Of a stretch of 64,000 bases of DNA, positions 1 through 11,388 are shown one piece after another. A program made the translations under genes and the position numbers. Positions within the stretch are counted from its first letter, which is position 1; every line of letters begins with the position of its first letter. Origin of the DNA: Diplonema japonicum (Eukaryota; Protista; Euglenozoa: Diplonemea). A model generated the notes under the pieces. The model did no database searches. It worked only from the letters and a program-made list of their open reading frames with translations, and was not told where the DNA came from. The DNA is taken from NCBI GenBank assembly GCA_964019335.1, contig OZ025667.1, positions 310,001-374,000 on the forward strand. The letters run 5' to 3'.

Positions 1-2
1 AG

Positions 3-3000
3 ATGGTTGGGAGACACGTCGAGGACGACGGTAGGTATCGCGCGTTGTGGGGGAGCCCGCAACCAGGCATCGTGGTCGATGGACTCGCGTCTCCTGATAA
101 GGCGAAGAGGGGCGGGGTGGGTCTGCTGGTGCAGCGACGCCGACCTGCTCTGGTAAAAGATACGGCAGGAAGAGCTGACGACAACAGGTGGGTACACTCG
201 ATGATCAACCTAGATGGTCGAGATATGTGGTTACACCTGATCGTAGTCTACTGTCACTCGGGCGGTCACGGCAAGCACCAGCGGGAGGCTCTGCTGGATA
301 AGGTCCTGAACAAGATGAGATGCGTCCTCGGTGACGTACCGATCATCGTGGCAGGCGATTTCAACACCGCGGTGTCACAGTCGGGAGTGCTACAACAGGC
401 GGTGGGGAGCGATTGGGTGGATGCTGCTATGCTGCAAGCCGAGAGGGATGGCGTGGAACCATGCCACACCTTTGCCAGGCAGGCCACCAACACGAAGACG
501 CGTATCGACTACGTTCTGCTGAACCCGATCGCGGCGGCAGGCCTACAGAAGGTGTGGGTACACGACGCAGTCTACACCAACGAGCACCGCTGCCTCTCAA
601 TCCAGCTCCGGATCCCGGCCCTCAAGTGCATGACGAGGAAATACTTCGTCCCGAGGGAGTTGCCGATGGAAGCTGCTGATGGTGACCGAGTTGCTGAGCT
701 GCTACAGGTCGGGGGATTTGCGCAGAAGCTGGGCGACGGCGACATTGACGATGCGTATAGTACGTTAGCGTGCGTTTCGGAGGAATGCTGCATCGGGGAC
801 CTGCCAGCGGTGAGACGGAGGGCCTACGTCGGGAGAAGCGTGGCGCGACAACCAAAGGAGAAGTGCCTGTCGGCGAAATCTGTGGTTGAGGCGACAGGTG
901 CGGCAGTGGGCTGGCAGAAGTGCATCGCCGAGGTGAAGCGGAAAGTCTCGCACATCCTTGCGGGAGTCCAAGATTTGCTCGACAGGGGACTAGCAAGCAA
1001 CATGCCGGAGCAGCTGCTGAGGACTTGGGCGAATGCTATAAAGGTGTTAGCGAAGCTCCCGCAGCTTCCGAGATGCGAGGTGGGTCTGATGAAGGACAAT
1101 TTTGAAACGATTATCATCAAACTTCAACGCCTAGACGACGACCTGTCCGCTCTGGCGCGAGTGATCGCAAAGGACGCGAGGGTCGAGCGTGAAAGGAAGT
1201 ATGAAGAGAGGATCAACACCCACTTCAAGGAGGAACGGAAGAGGGTGACCGCCTTCGTGAAGGGCACAACGGCATCAGCAACGCAGGCAGTGGAAGGCGA
1301 CGGGGTTCTCACGGCAGATCTTGAAGAGATGGACAAGATGATGCACAAGGAGTGGGACCCTATTTTTCAGCTGTACGGTGGGGATCGAGGAGAGCCGCAG
1401 TACAACGCCTTTAGAACGAGGTACAGGGAGTACATCGTGTCGCAGAAGATGGAACTTCGACCACTTACAGGAGAGGATCTGAGGGCGGTGTTGGCCAAGA
1501 AGTCAACGAGAACGGCTCCAGGGGTGGATGGATGGAGGATGGCGGAACTGCGTGCCATGCCGGTAGTACTGCTGGATGCTTGGGCCGAGCTGTTCAACGC
1601 AGTCGAGACGACAGGGAAGTGGCCGAAAGCACTCCTGACAGCGCTGGTGACGTTGATCCCGAAGGGTGGCGAGAGGACTCCTCTGAACCATCGGCCGATC
1701 ACAGTCACGAGCGCGGTCTATCGGCTGTGGGCATGTGCGAGGCTGCGTGACATCACGCTGTGGCAAGAGAAGTGGATCGACGACTCTCAGCATGGTTTCA
1801 GACCGAAGAGAGGCACGGATAGCATTCTGATGGAGCTCAGTACACAGCTCGAAGAGGCGCTGTTGACAGGCACCCCTCTCAACGGCATTGCGTTGGATTT
1901 TGTCAAGTGCTTCGACAGAGTCCCACAGCAGATAGCTTTTGGCCTGATGCAAGATCTCGGTTTGCACGAGCGGATACTGACCCCCTTGAAAGCTATGTAT
2001 GCGAACCTGAAGCGGCGATTCCGTTTCCCGACAGGTGTTGGCTCAGAGTTCCGAGTGACGAATGGTATCCTGCAAGGGTGCCCCATCTCGGTAATCATGG
2101 TGAACGCCTTGGTGTCGGTGATGGTGAAGTGCGTGATGACGGAAGTACCAGGAGCTTGGTCACTTTCGTACGCGGATGACGTGTACCTCCTGGCGCGTTT
2201 AGCGGAGGTCCTGACAAGGGCGACCAACAAGGTGATCGAGTTCGGGGACCGGACAGAGATGCGCCTCAACGGAAAGAAGTCGCAGGGATTCTCGACGAAA
2301 AACGAGATCGGCCCTAGTTTAGTATGCACCGGTTCCTCGTTCAAGGTAGCTGGGGAGATCAAATCACTTGGCGTGAACCTGAGCATGGATGGGAATCACA
2401 GGCTGGACAAGCTGGACGCAGCGGAGGGACGCCTGACCCGTCTCGGAGCTTTGCCACTAGGGTTTGAGAACAAGTCGACGATGTTGACGAGCACTGTGCT
2501 ACCGTCGTGTCTGTACGGAGCAACGTATGCGGCACCCTCGGACGACCAGCTGAAGAAGATGTGTACAGCGGCAGTGGTCTCCCTGTGGGGCCCCCAGTTC
2601 GGGATGAGAAACCCCGTGTCTGTACTGAGCGTTCTGCTGCCAGGGCATACGGCACATCCGCTGTCGAAGGTCATCTACGGAACGATAAACAGCTTGGTCC
2701 GGGAGAGCCTGGCCTCTCCGCGTTTGCGGCAGCGTGTTGGTGAGATCATTGGTCTATACCAGGACCGTGATGACGATGAGGTGATGGGTCCGATTGGAGT
2801 CCTGCGGAACAGATGGCTCCCCTTTCTGGGGAAGGGATGGTCCTTTGTGGCCGACCTGCACGGAGATACAGCGGTGGCTCACAAAGTGAGGCAAGCCATC
2901 AGACCGGCAGTTGCGAAGAGGCTGATCGAGAAGAGATCAACCTTCGTGGGGATGGAGGCAGGGGCGTGCCCGTCCACGAACTATTGGTGGAAAAAGCTCC

Positions 3001-3944
3001 AGGCCCGGAGACCGTTGGTGTCCTTTAGGTTGCGGCGCATCATTAGTGGTGCAGTGTTCACGACTCACCCGAGGGTGTGGGGGAGAAAATTGGATGGCCC
3101 TGGTGTGGAAAACCCAGCATTAGCGTGTGACGTTTGCGACCACCGGTCCCAGACAACGACCAGCATGACGGAGCATGCACTGTGGGAGTGCGAGCCGGCA
3201 AGGAGTGTGTTGGAAAGCGAGCAATACGCAGAGGTGAAGCGAGAAGGCCTCCCAGCTGCCACAGCCCTTCACGGGATAGTCCCAAGAGGAGCCGACAAAG
3301 CAGGGAAAGAACGTGCCAGGATGGTGCAACAATACCTCCTGAAAGTAGTGACGGTCCGTGACGCCAGAGCAGCGGAAAAAAGCAAGAGAGTGCTCACCTC
3401 CAACCCTTGGGATGAGGTAACGACAGGGAGGCAACATGATGTTCCGACGGAAGCGTTGCTGAAGGCGAACGGGGCGTCAGGCGCGGTCCTGACCTTTCAT
3501 CTGAAGAACGTCCTCAAGTGGCTAAGAGGCCTACGATGGTACGATGGTAAGAAGAAAACTTCCGTCACTACAATGGAACTCGCCATAGACTATGAGCAGA
3601 CCACCCGCCGGTCACTCATAGGTCCCCTCGACGATCAGGACCTGCTCACGGAGAAGGCCGCAAGGATGCGATACATCTTGGGTCGCATCCAGAAATGCTC
3701 AGCACGCTGTGGAAGGTCAGCCTTCCCCGCCAACGCCAAATCAAGGGTGCATACCCTTCGACATCTTGGGGGCCCGACGGCACACGGCTACGACAGGAGA
3801 CCACTCTTCTCCTCGAGCCAAACCCCCCCCTACCTAGCACGACTCCAAGCAGTGTTTCTCGCCCAGATGCCGTCCATCTCATCGCGACAAACAGCCACCG
3901 CAGGCACCAGACAGCAACCGCAGAACGGTGACCGATTAGTGTGA
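3..3944 (+). mobile_element. Non-LTR retrotransposon (LINE) ORF: APE endonuclease + reverse transcriptase + C-terminal CCHC zinc knuckle; may extend 5' beyond the window
   Basis: 1313-aa intact ORF. APE motifs GGVG, AGDFN, TF..., RIDYV, and NEH in place of SDH. RT motifs APGVDG, LIPK, RPITVTS, QHGFRP, LDFVKCFD, GILQGCPIS, YADD. Zinc knuckle CDVC...EHALWEC. Confidence 0.95.
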
Positions 3945-4105
3945 ATTTCTACCTGAACAGTGAGCACCCCCATGCACACTGAAATTTTATCGAGTTTTTT
4001 TTTCCCTCAACAAGATCCCATCTCTGTTTCCCCATGGCTTTTTCACATTTTTTTTATACTGTACTTTTGTACTGGATATCTGTTTTTTTTTTTTTTTCTT
4101 TCAGA

Positions 4106-4520
4106 AAAAAAAAGAAAAAGAGAAAAGAAATGTTAAGTGTACCTTTCTTTGGAGGCTTCTCTCTTTGGTGGTGGGGATAACACAGAAATATGGAAATATA
4201 AAGAAGTACGTCAGATGTGTTGTTCGCTGTTGACCTCCTCGTCAGTCATCACCGGTATCGCCCAGTGGAAGAACGTATTGCAGATGCTCAGGTGACGAAC
4301 AGGCAGCAAACTGCACGAGCTCAGAAAATCTTGGTTACCAGGAGCGCCATGGCTGGTGTTGAGTGCACACCACACGCCTGTAATGAAGTGGACGATGCTT
4401 GTGCAGAGCGCCCTGCCTGCAGTTTACCCTTAAATAGTCTCTTTTTTTTTTTTTTTTTTCCTTCAAAGAAAAAGAGAAAAGAAATGTTAAGTGTACCTTT
4501 CTTTGGAGACTCCTCTCTTT
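4106..4520. repeat. ~55-bp direct repeat (about 4108-4166 and 4465-4520) bracketing a dispersed repeat copy
   Basis: aaagaaaaagagaaaagaaatgttaagtgtacctttctttggag(g/a)ct(t/c)ctctcttt occurs twice. Confidence 0.85.
4167..4378 (-). repeat. Dispersed repeat family A, copy 1 (probable 3' end of a retroposed element)
   Basis: Aligns by eye with 10747-10947 (ggtggtggggataaca...agatgtgttgttcgctgttgacctcctcgtc...gtgacgaacaggcagcaaactgcacgagc...tcttggttacc); partial third copy near 6987-7024. Confidence 0.85.
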
Positions 4521-4922
4521 TTCTTTCAGTAGGTAACGTTCAAAGCATGTTTTTTTTTATATTTTTTTATTGCCTTCCATATTCGCTAAGTGACCTGCCC
4601 TATGTCCCAAAGTCCTGGGGCTATAGGGGAGAAAATGTCAAAAATGCTCAAAGGTTCATTGATTTTTTTTTTTTTTCAAAAAATCCATATGTCGGACATG
4701 AAGGAACGATGAGTTCCAAGGAAGTTCCAAAAAAGGTTTTCCAAAAAAAGTTTTTTGGGGGCCAACCAAAATGACCTTGGAAGTCGCCATTTTGAGTTTT
4801 GGCCATTTTTGCCAAACTTTTGCACCTGGGCACTTTTCCCTTTAAAAACCCTTGGAAAACTGGTTCGATCCCAGAAGCCAGCATCTTTCTGACCAGTAGT
4901 TCAGCGGAAAATATTTTCGAAG

Positions 4923-4992
4923 GCCAGTGTGGTATAGTTGGGAGGGCTTTGCCCTGCACCTAGGCGAAGCGGGTTCAAACCCCACTCCGGCG
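4923..4992 (+). pseudogene. Degenerate tRNA-like sequence inside the TIR element
   Basis: A-box tggtatagttgg, stem tttgcc/ggcgaa, T-arm gcggg-ttcaaac-cccac, imperfect acceptor gccagtg/ctccggc, followed by T8. Confidence 0.55.
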
Positions 4993-5141
4993 GCTTTTTT
5001 TTAGGTACACCAGGAGAGGAACGAGCCTGTACCGGTATTTCTGCTTTCGTAAGCTTGTGGGAGTCAAATTTGAAAGAAGGGAACCTACTCCACTCACTGT
5101 TCCAGATGCGTGAGTAAAGATGGGGGGTCAGAGTTTTGAAT

Positions 5142-5224
5142 TTTTGTGTGGTAGAGTGGTTACCGTGCTCACCTGTCAGGCCCCCTTGTTCCAGGAGTCG
5201 CGGGTTCGAATCCCGACGCAGTGG
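5142..5224 (+). pseudogene. Degenerate tRNA-Asp(GTC)-like sequence with an ~12-nt insert 3' of the anticodon
   Basis: A-box tggtagagtgg, anticodon loop ct-gtc-a, B-box gggttcgaatccc, then a T-run; anticodon and acceptor stems pair poorly. Confidence 0.55.
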
Positions 5225-5469
5225 TTTTTTTCATCAGGGGTTCGAACCCCACTTGTGCTGTGTTTTTTCCACCGGAGCTGCTTCATTTTGTATAGTACAA
5301 AGTAAGGCAAATCACCAAAAAGATTTTTATTACAAAAAAAGATTCCATATGTCGGACATTGGGCCCCCGGACGCAAATAAATCCATTCCTACCCTAGAAA
5401 AAGCAATTAGAAATTTTTTTAGCTCTTCAGAATGCGAGTTCTGGTCGGTCACTTAGCGAATATGGAAGG

Positions 5470-5760
5470 TTATTTTTTGACCCAGAAATCCCTTGGAGGG
5501 AAGCTAGGGGAGTTGGCAGAGGTGCGACAGAAGGCCAGGAGACTGCACACGGTGATGAAGAAGGTGTGGAACACATGGGAACTAGGGAGACTGCAGAAGA
5601 AGGTGAAAGGAAGGAGGAAAAGGAAAGAAGGGAAAAAGTAGCCAAGCTGGGGAGGAGGCCGGCACGACCACCGAAGAAGGAGAAACCGCTGCTGAAGGGG
5701 GATAGGTCAGGTAGAGCATGAGAACAAGGGGCGTCTCACAAAGACTTCCTTTAACTCATA
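5470..5760 (+). pseudogene. Decayed 3' fragment of a related LINE (repeat family B, copy 1)
   Basis: Translation TQKSLGGKLGELAEVRQKARRLHTVMKKV resembles the LINE C-terminus TRRSLIGPLDDQDLLTEKAARMRYILGRI; 5619-5760 matches 17930-18015. Confidence 0.5.
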
Positions 5761-7580
5761 TATATTTTTTTTTTCTCCCTTCGAAACATATTTCTTCCCC
5801 CTTTTCTTATTCTTCTTCAATGATGTACTTTTAAAGTTCTTCTCTCCTTCTCCTTCATATCAAAAGATCAAAGGAAGGGGGGGGGGGGGGGGAGAAGGCC
5901 GTCCAGTACTTTATCACAACATTCATGTTTGCAGTCTGATGCGGCTGCATTTATGTTTTCAAAAAAGAAAAAAAAGAGGGGGTTAAATGTTAGAGATGTT
6001 CTGAGCACGCTCAGCCACGATCGAGAAGATTTGTGTGAAAGCTATCACAATTTATCAAGATTTGCAGTATTAGAAAAAAAAAAAAGAGGGGGGGAAACTT
6101 GTTTTTTTAAACACCAGTTCATCCTAAGATAAATTTACTGGTTTTCTTTTCTTTTTTTTTTTTTTTTTTAGAAGAAGGATCTTCAAGCAACAAGCTATTT
6201 ATATTCTCAGTAGTTGGGCCATGAGAGGGAAAAAGGTGGTAGTTTTTTCTTTTCCTTTTTCTTCTTTTTTTTTTCTTTTTTTTCTTCGTTCTTTTTTCTT
6301 TTTCTTTCAGTAAAATTGGGTAGCCCCTGCAGCCCAAGAAAAAAAAAAAAAAAAAGAAGGGAAAAAAAAAAAAAAAGAGGAGGAAATAAAAAAAAACAAT
6401 TTGCCTTTGCAAGCAACAAAGCTATTTAACTCGCGTAGCCTCGGAGTGAGTGTGCACAGCACTTCTCCCCTAGAACATTACATTGAAATTAACTCAAAAA
6501 AAGAAAGAACTGCATTCTCCTTCCCGTTCGTCTTGCCCTGATTCTCGCATGCCACTACTAATCAGCTGTAGAAAGAAAAGGGTTTGATCCGCTTTTTTTT
6601 TTGTCGGGAAGAAATATGTTTCTTTTGGAAAGAAAAAGAAAAGAAAAAAAAGAAAAAAAGGAACGAAGTTTGGGGAAGTCATCCATGGACCCCATTCCCA
6701 TCCTTTCCATCACTACTATAAAAAAAAAAAAAACAAAAAAGAAAAAGGTAGCGCGTCATTATAGACAGACTATATACCTTTTTCTTTTTTTTCTTTGTTT
6801 CAAAACTCTACCCTGTACTCCCAATGGCCGATGGCGAATTCTTCTTAGAGAGAATCAAAGGTCATGTAGTAAAATTCTTTTTTTCTTTCTTTTTTTTTTT
6901 TTTTTTTTTTTTTTATGCGTCCTGCCACATACCGCAGGTACCCTTAAATGTCTCTTTTTTTTTTTTTTTTTTTTTTTTTTGTTACTAGTACATCAAGTGT
7001 GTTGTTTCGCTGTTGACCTCCTCCTTTACCCCTTTTATATATATACGTTCTCATTGTTATTAGCAAAGCAAAAGGAGAAGAAAGAAAAAAAGAATATTTT
7101 TTTTAAACGAAAGAAAGTAAGTAACAAACAAACAAAGATTCCCTACACACTCCTACAACTGTAGTACTGTTAGATGCTGGTGTGCGTGCATTTTCTTTTT
7201 TTCTTTCTTGTTTTTTTTGGGGGGGGAGGGGAGGGAGGGAAAGTATATTTTTTTTGACGAAAACACTCTTTTTCCCGTCTTTCTTGTTAAAAGCCTCCAC
7301 ATCTTCATGTAGCTCGGACTCCTTCTCACACAGGGATGGCTGCATGGTTCCACAACAAAAGGAAATGTCCCTGACAAACCAGACGGAAAAAAAAGAGAGG
7401 GGAAAAAAAATAGGGGAAAAAAAAATACTTTGCCTTACTATTTTATACGCGATTCTCACTTGCTGTCAGCGGCAGGGGGGGGTTTTTTTTTGCCCAGGAA
7501 GAAAAAAAATAATAATAAAAAAAAAAAAAAAAAAAACATGAGAAGAAAGAAAAATCGCTCAAACGCATAACTGAGAACGA

Positions 7581-7611
<31 letters not shown>

Positions 7612-9344
7612 GAAACCCCTATCAAAATACACCCTTTTCTAGATGCAAAGAAATCACGAATCACGATGTCTATGTTAAACTCCCCATTTTATTGTGAATT
7701 TTTCTCTTCTTACGTATGAGGGATTATCTAAACTGGTAAAGGCGCTCTTGAGGCACTCTCGAGACTAGACTGGGCTCGTCTGGATTTTTCTTTTTTTTTT
7801 TTTTTTTTTTTACTAATTGTATCTTTTCCTTCAGATCTACTCTTTTTTTCCCCCTTTTTTTTTTCTCCTTGTGTTGTAGGCAGCTCTTCCCTTTCTCTCG
7901 GGTGGGGCGGTCGACGTCATTCCCCCCCCCCCCCCCCCCCCTTCTCTCGCCAAAATAATTGGGCCAGTTTAAGGTTTTTCTTCTTTTTTGGCCGTTGCTA
8001 ATCACTTCGTTCCTATCATAGTGATTTTTTTTCTTCTTTTTTTTCTCCGTCTCTTCAAGCTACACATCCCCTTTATCTAGGGGGCAAAGTGCCTTGGAGA
8101 TTTGATGGTCTTTTAAATATCTTGCACCAACAACTATAAATCTGCTTTTTTTTTCTTTTTTTTTTTTTTTTTCGAAAGAGGCGTAGAACCGGTGACCAAC
8201 GTAAAACGCAATGTACTTAAACCACTGTGGTGGGATGGGAAGGTGTGATGGTACATGAGCACCGCCTTTGTATCAAAAGATACCGAGCTGACGAGTACAC
8301 CAAAGGCCGAAATTCGCATTCTGCGCGGTTAAAAAGTTGCTCGCACGCCAGGCGGTTTATGAAGCAACCAAAGTCATTCTTCTTCTTTTCTTTTTTCTTT
8401 TTTTTTTTTTCCTACCGTATTTGGACTTTTAATATGAAACAGGAAACCAATCCATCCAGATTTTTCTTCGCCGTTTTGTTCCAGATTTTATCGGGTGCCT
8501 AAAGAGCCAAAAAAAAAAAGAAAAAGAAAAATAAGACTCTCTATTTATCCGGTAAGAAATTACAATAATTTATCTGTTTCAAACATTCCAGTTGAGCGAC
8601 GACCGCCTGACGTCCTATATCTCTTATTAGATCTAAATATGGTATCTTTTTTTCTTTTTTTTTTTTTTTTTTTTTTGAGAGTTTAAAAAAAATATGGTTC
8701 TTTTTTTTTTATATTTTATTTTTTATGTCTTATCTCTTCCTCCTCCCCTTATCTTCACCTCATACCTTATCCTCCTCCATCCACTCTTTTTCTTTTTTCC
8801 CCCCCCCCCGGAACAAAAAAAGATAACGAGAGGGTGCGTGTGTGGGGGTGCTTCTTTTCTTTTTTTTTTTTTTTTCTTCTGTCTCGTTCGTCTTTTTTTC
8901 TATAGTTCATCGCAATAATCAAACTTCAGGGAAGGGGGGAGAAGAAGGAAAAGAAAAAAAAAGAAGAAAAAAAAAAGGGACCTGCTGAGGGGGGAGTACA
9001 ACGGGTTCATGGCCAAGCGGTACACCTCGTTCCTGTCACAACTCCAAATAGACGACACGGCGGGCTGGATAGCTATACTACTAGGGTTGGGGATACTGCT
9101 GTTTTTGTTCAAGCCGAAGGAAGGCCAACAACAACCGCAGGCAGTGAGGCTTGGCGGGCGGGGGGTGGTTGCTTCAAAACCAACTACTTATTCGGGGTGG
9201 AAGGTTTGCAAAAAAAAAAAAAAAAAAAAAAAAAAATAATAATAATAATAACTAAAGGGGGTCCGAATAATCCCTTTATTTGGGCAGTGGAGGGGGGGGG
9301 CTCCAAAAAAAAAGAATTATTTGGAATACACTTATTTATTAATG

Positions 9345-10670
9345 AAAAATAAAAAAACGTCTAAAAGCTGTAGATTCGTGGTAAGCCCACCAGGGATCAC
9401 AGCCCACCAGGGATCACAGCCCACCAGGGATCACAGCTGGATTATTTTTGCAGCCTTCATGGCCGCCTTGCTTGCATCGCTGATGCGGCCTCTGGCTGAG
9501 TTCAAGATCAGCAGAACCATTGCCTCCTCAGGCACCGCAGCACGCAAATATGGGATGTAGACGTTTATAAAGAAGTCGGAACCCACAATGCCACTGTCGC
9601 ATGCTGCGCCTGCACTCCTTTGCACTTATCGATTCCCCCTGGGACGGGAGCCTGTCCTTCTTCAGCAGCACTATGTGATTGCACTGGCAAGCCTTTTAGT
9701 GTCGGCGGCAGCGATCGTGGGGTCCTCTCTAACCGGAAGGAGGAGTTTGCCGAGTGGGGCAAATCGGCGACTATAATTGCAGTCGGACAGAGTCAGTGGT
9801 CGGAGTGCAGGAATTTAAAGAAGCGTGCAGCTTCAGCTTCCTCTCCGCTACTGGTTCCTTCAGCCTGCTGACCTGCTTCTCGCCAAGGTCTTGCTTCTTG
9901 AGGAAGGAGGCGAAGACCTTGTCTGACTGCTCATAATTGCTGTTGACGGGGTCGCATTGGCGGATTTTCTTTTGTAGTCCTGTTCATTTGCCATAATACT
10001 GGCAAGCTCACGCCTGCTGCTCTGCACCCGCCGTCTTGCACAAAGCTATGATACAGCCTCTGCCGCCCCATTTTCACAAATCTGCAGAAAAACATGAGGG
10101 GAAAAAATAGAGTACTTTATTTTCCCTAGTGAGATATCCAGAAAATAATTAAAAAATACTTTTTTTTTTAATAAATATTTAACAGATTCTGTTGTGCTTG
10201 ACATGCATACGCGACGACACTATGGGAGCGGGCTTCAGCATAAAACAGGATCAATTGGAAAAATTGAAGGATTTGGCACAATCATGTGAGCTCTATGTGG
10301 TTGCTCTGGTAGGTTTTTTTTTTTTTTTAAAGAAAGAAAAGAAAAATCCCCTTAGGTCGCCACAGATGAGGAAGAACAGCAAATACGAAAAACCCTTGAA
10401 AGTGAGGGCGTTTACTCAGCTGGCCTCAAGCCCCACAGGGCACTCTTCTGTGGCACTGTCATTGGCAAGCAGGCCATTGCTAGGCAGCTTCTCCCTAGCC
10501 TACTCATCGAGTCTGACTCTGAGGTTGTCACCTACATGGCTTCCCACGTGGCTCACGTCGGATATGTTACCAGCACACCTTCCCTTTCAGCCCTCAAGCT
10601 AAACACTTTAACTTCTTCCACCATGACCGAATACTTGGCTAAGTTAATATCCCAGTAGCGTTGGGGATGG
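9345..10670 (-). pseudogene. Decayed pogo/Tigger-type (HTH CENP-B + DDE_1) transposase
   Basis: Minus-strand fragments: AKYSVMVEEVKVFSLRAEREGVLVT (HTH-like, ~10565-10645); SGIVGSDFFINVYIPYL...VLLILNSARGRIS (LLILD-x3-H-like); VIPGGLTTNLQLLDVF (IPGGxTxxLQPLD motif, ~9350-9402). Broken by frameshifts and stops. Confidence 0.75.
9384..9437. repeat. Tandem repeat, 17-bp unit agcccaccagggatcac x3
   Basis: Exact units at 9384, 9401 and 9418; they triplicate the VIPGG-coding segment of the transposase. Confidence 0.95.
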
Positions 10671-10698
10671 GGTGGGAGAGTGTGTGGCATTTAGGAGT

Positions 10699-10699
<1 letters not shown>

Positions 10700-10729
<30 letters not shown>

Positions 10730-10947
10730 CCTTCTTCTTCTTGTTAGGTGGTGGGGATAACATGGAAATATAAGAAGTACATCAGATGTGTTGTTCGCTG
10801 TTGACCTCCTCGTCGGTCATCATCGGTAGCGCCCGAGTGGAAGAACGTAACGCAGATGCTCAGAGTGACGAACAGGCAGCAAACTGCACGAGCGCAGAAT
10901 CTTGGTTACCCGGGACGCCCCGGCTGGGGTTGAGCACACCGCACGCA
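10700..10947 (-). repeat. Dispersed repeat family A, copy 2, ending in a ~30-nt poly(A) on the minus strand
   Basis: Similar to 4167-4378; a long T-run at about 10700-10729 lies at the 3' side of a minus-strand reading that ends in stops. Confidence 0.8.
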
Positions 10948-11284
10948 TTAAGGACACGACGCGGAACGCAGAAGAAGCTACTGCTCGGCCGAGGAGCGCC
11001 CCCTGTAATCAAGTAGGTAGTTCGTGCTTCATTGCACGCTTAACGCCACCTAGTGTTGCAATCAAAGCCCCATTTGTTTTTTCTTTTTTGGACTGGGGGG
11101 GGGCAATTAAAAAAATATTAAAAAAAAGAAAACTGTGCAATATTTATATCTTTTAGGAACAACGGACAAAAAAGCGGGAAAGAAAAAAAAGGAAAAGAAG
11201 AAGGAAAAGAAAACGACCCCCTTTTTTTCTTTTGGGAGGAGAGGGGGGAGGCGTGTCTTGTTCTCTCTCTTTTTTTTTTTTTTT

Positions 11285-11388
11285 TACTGTAAAGTGACCC
11301 CTGGACTGACAAATGTCTGAGTTATTTTGGCTCCAGGAGTTTGTCCGTCCGGACATTTGCCAGTCCGACATTTCATCACATTACAGTA
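11285..11388. mobile_element. Tiny hairpin MITE (104 bp) with TA ends, Tc1/mariner/pogo type
   Basis: Left tactgtaaagtga vs right reverse-complement tactgtaatgtga (12/13); inner arms ggactgacaaatgtct vs ggactggcaaatgtcc (14/16). Confidence 0.7.

Larger units (their letters stand above)
4573..5469. mobile_element. Non-autonomous DNA transposon (MITE-like, 897 bp) with perfect 23-bp terminal inverted repeats
   Basis: ccttccatattcgctaagtgacc (4573-4595) is the exact reverse complement of ggtcacttagcgaatatggaagg (5447-5469). Internal 16-bp direct repeat tccatatgtcggacat at 4684 and 5344. No clean target-site duplication seen. Confidence 0.8.

Noticed and set aside
5004-5116. Possible ribozyme or structured RNA between the tRNA-like units
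   Set aside because: Only short 6-7 bp stems; no recognisable HDV or hammerhead core by eye
4923-5224. Functional tRNA genes
   Set aside because: Acceptor and anticodon stems are mismatched and loop sizes are abnormal; kept only as tRNA-like relics
8413-8430. taccgtatttggac resembling a pogo-type TIR start
   Set aside because: No matching inverted partner found in the window
5929-9239. Numerous Phe/Lys-rich ORFs
   Set aside because: Artefacts of poly-T/poly-A runs
9384-9437. Short repeats resembling a CRISPR array
   Set aside because: Head-to-tail 17-bp units with no spacers, no cas genes, eukaryotic context
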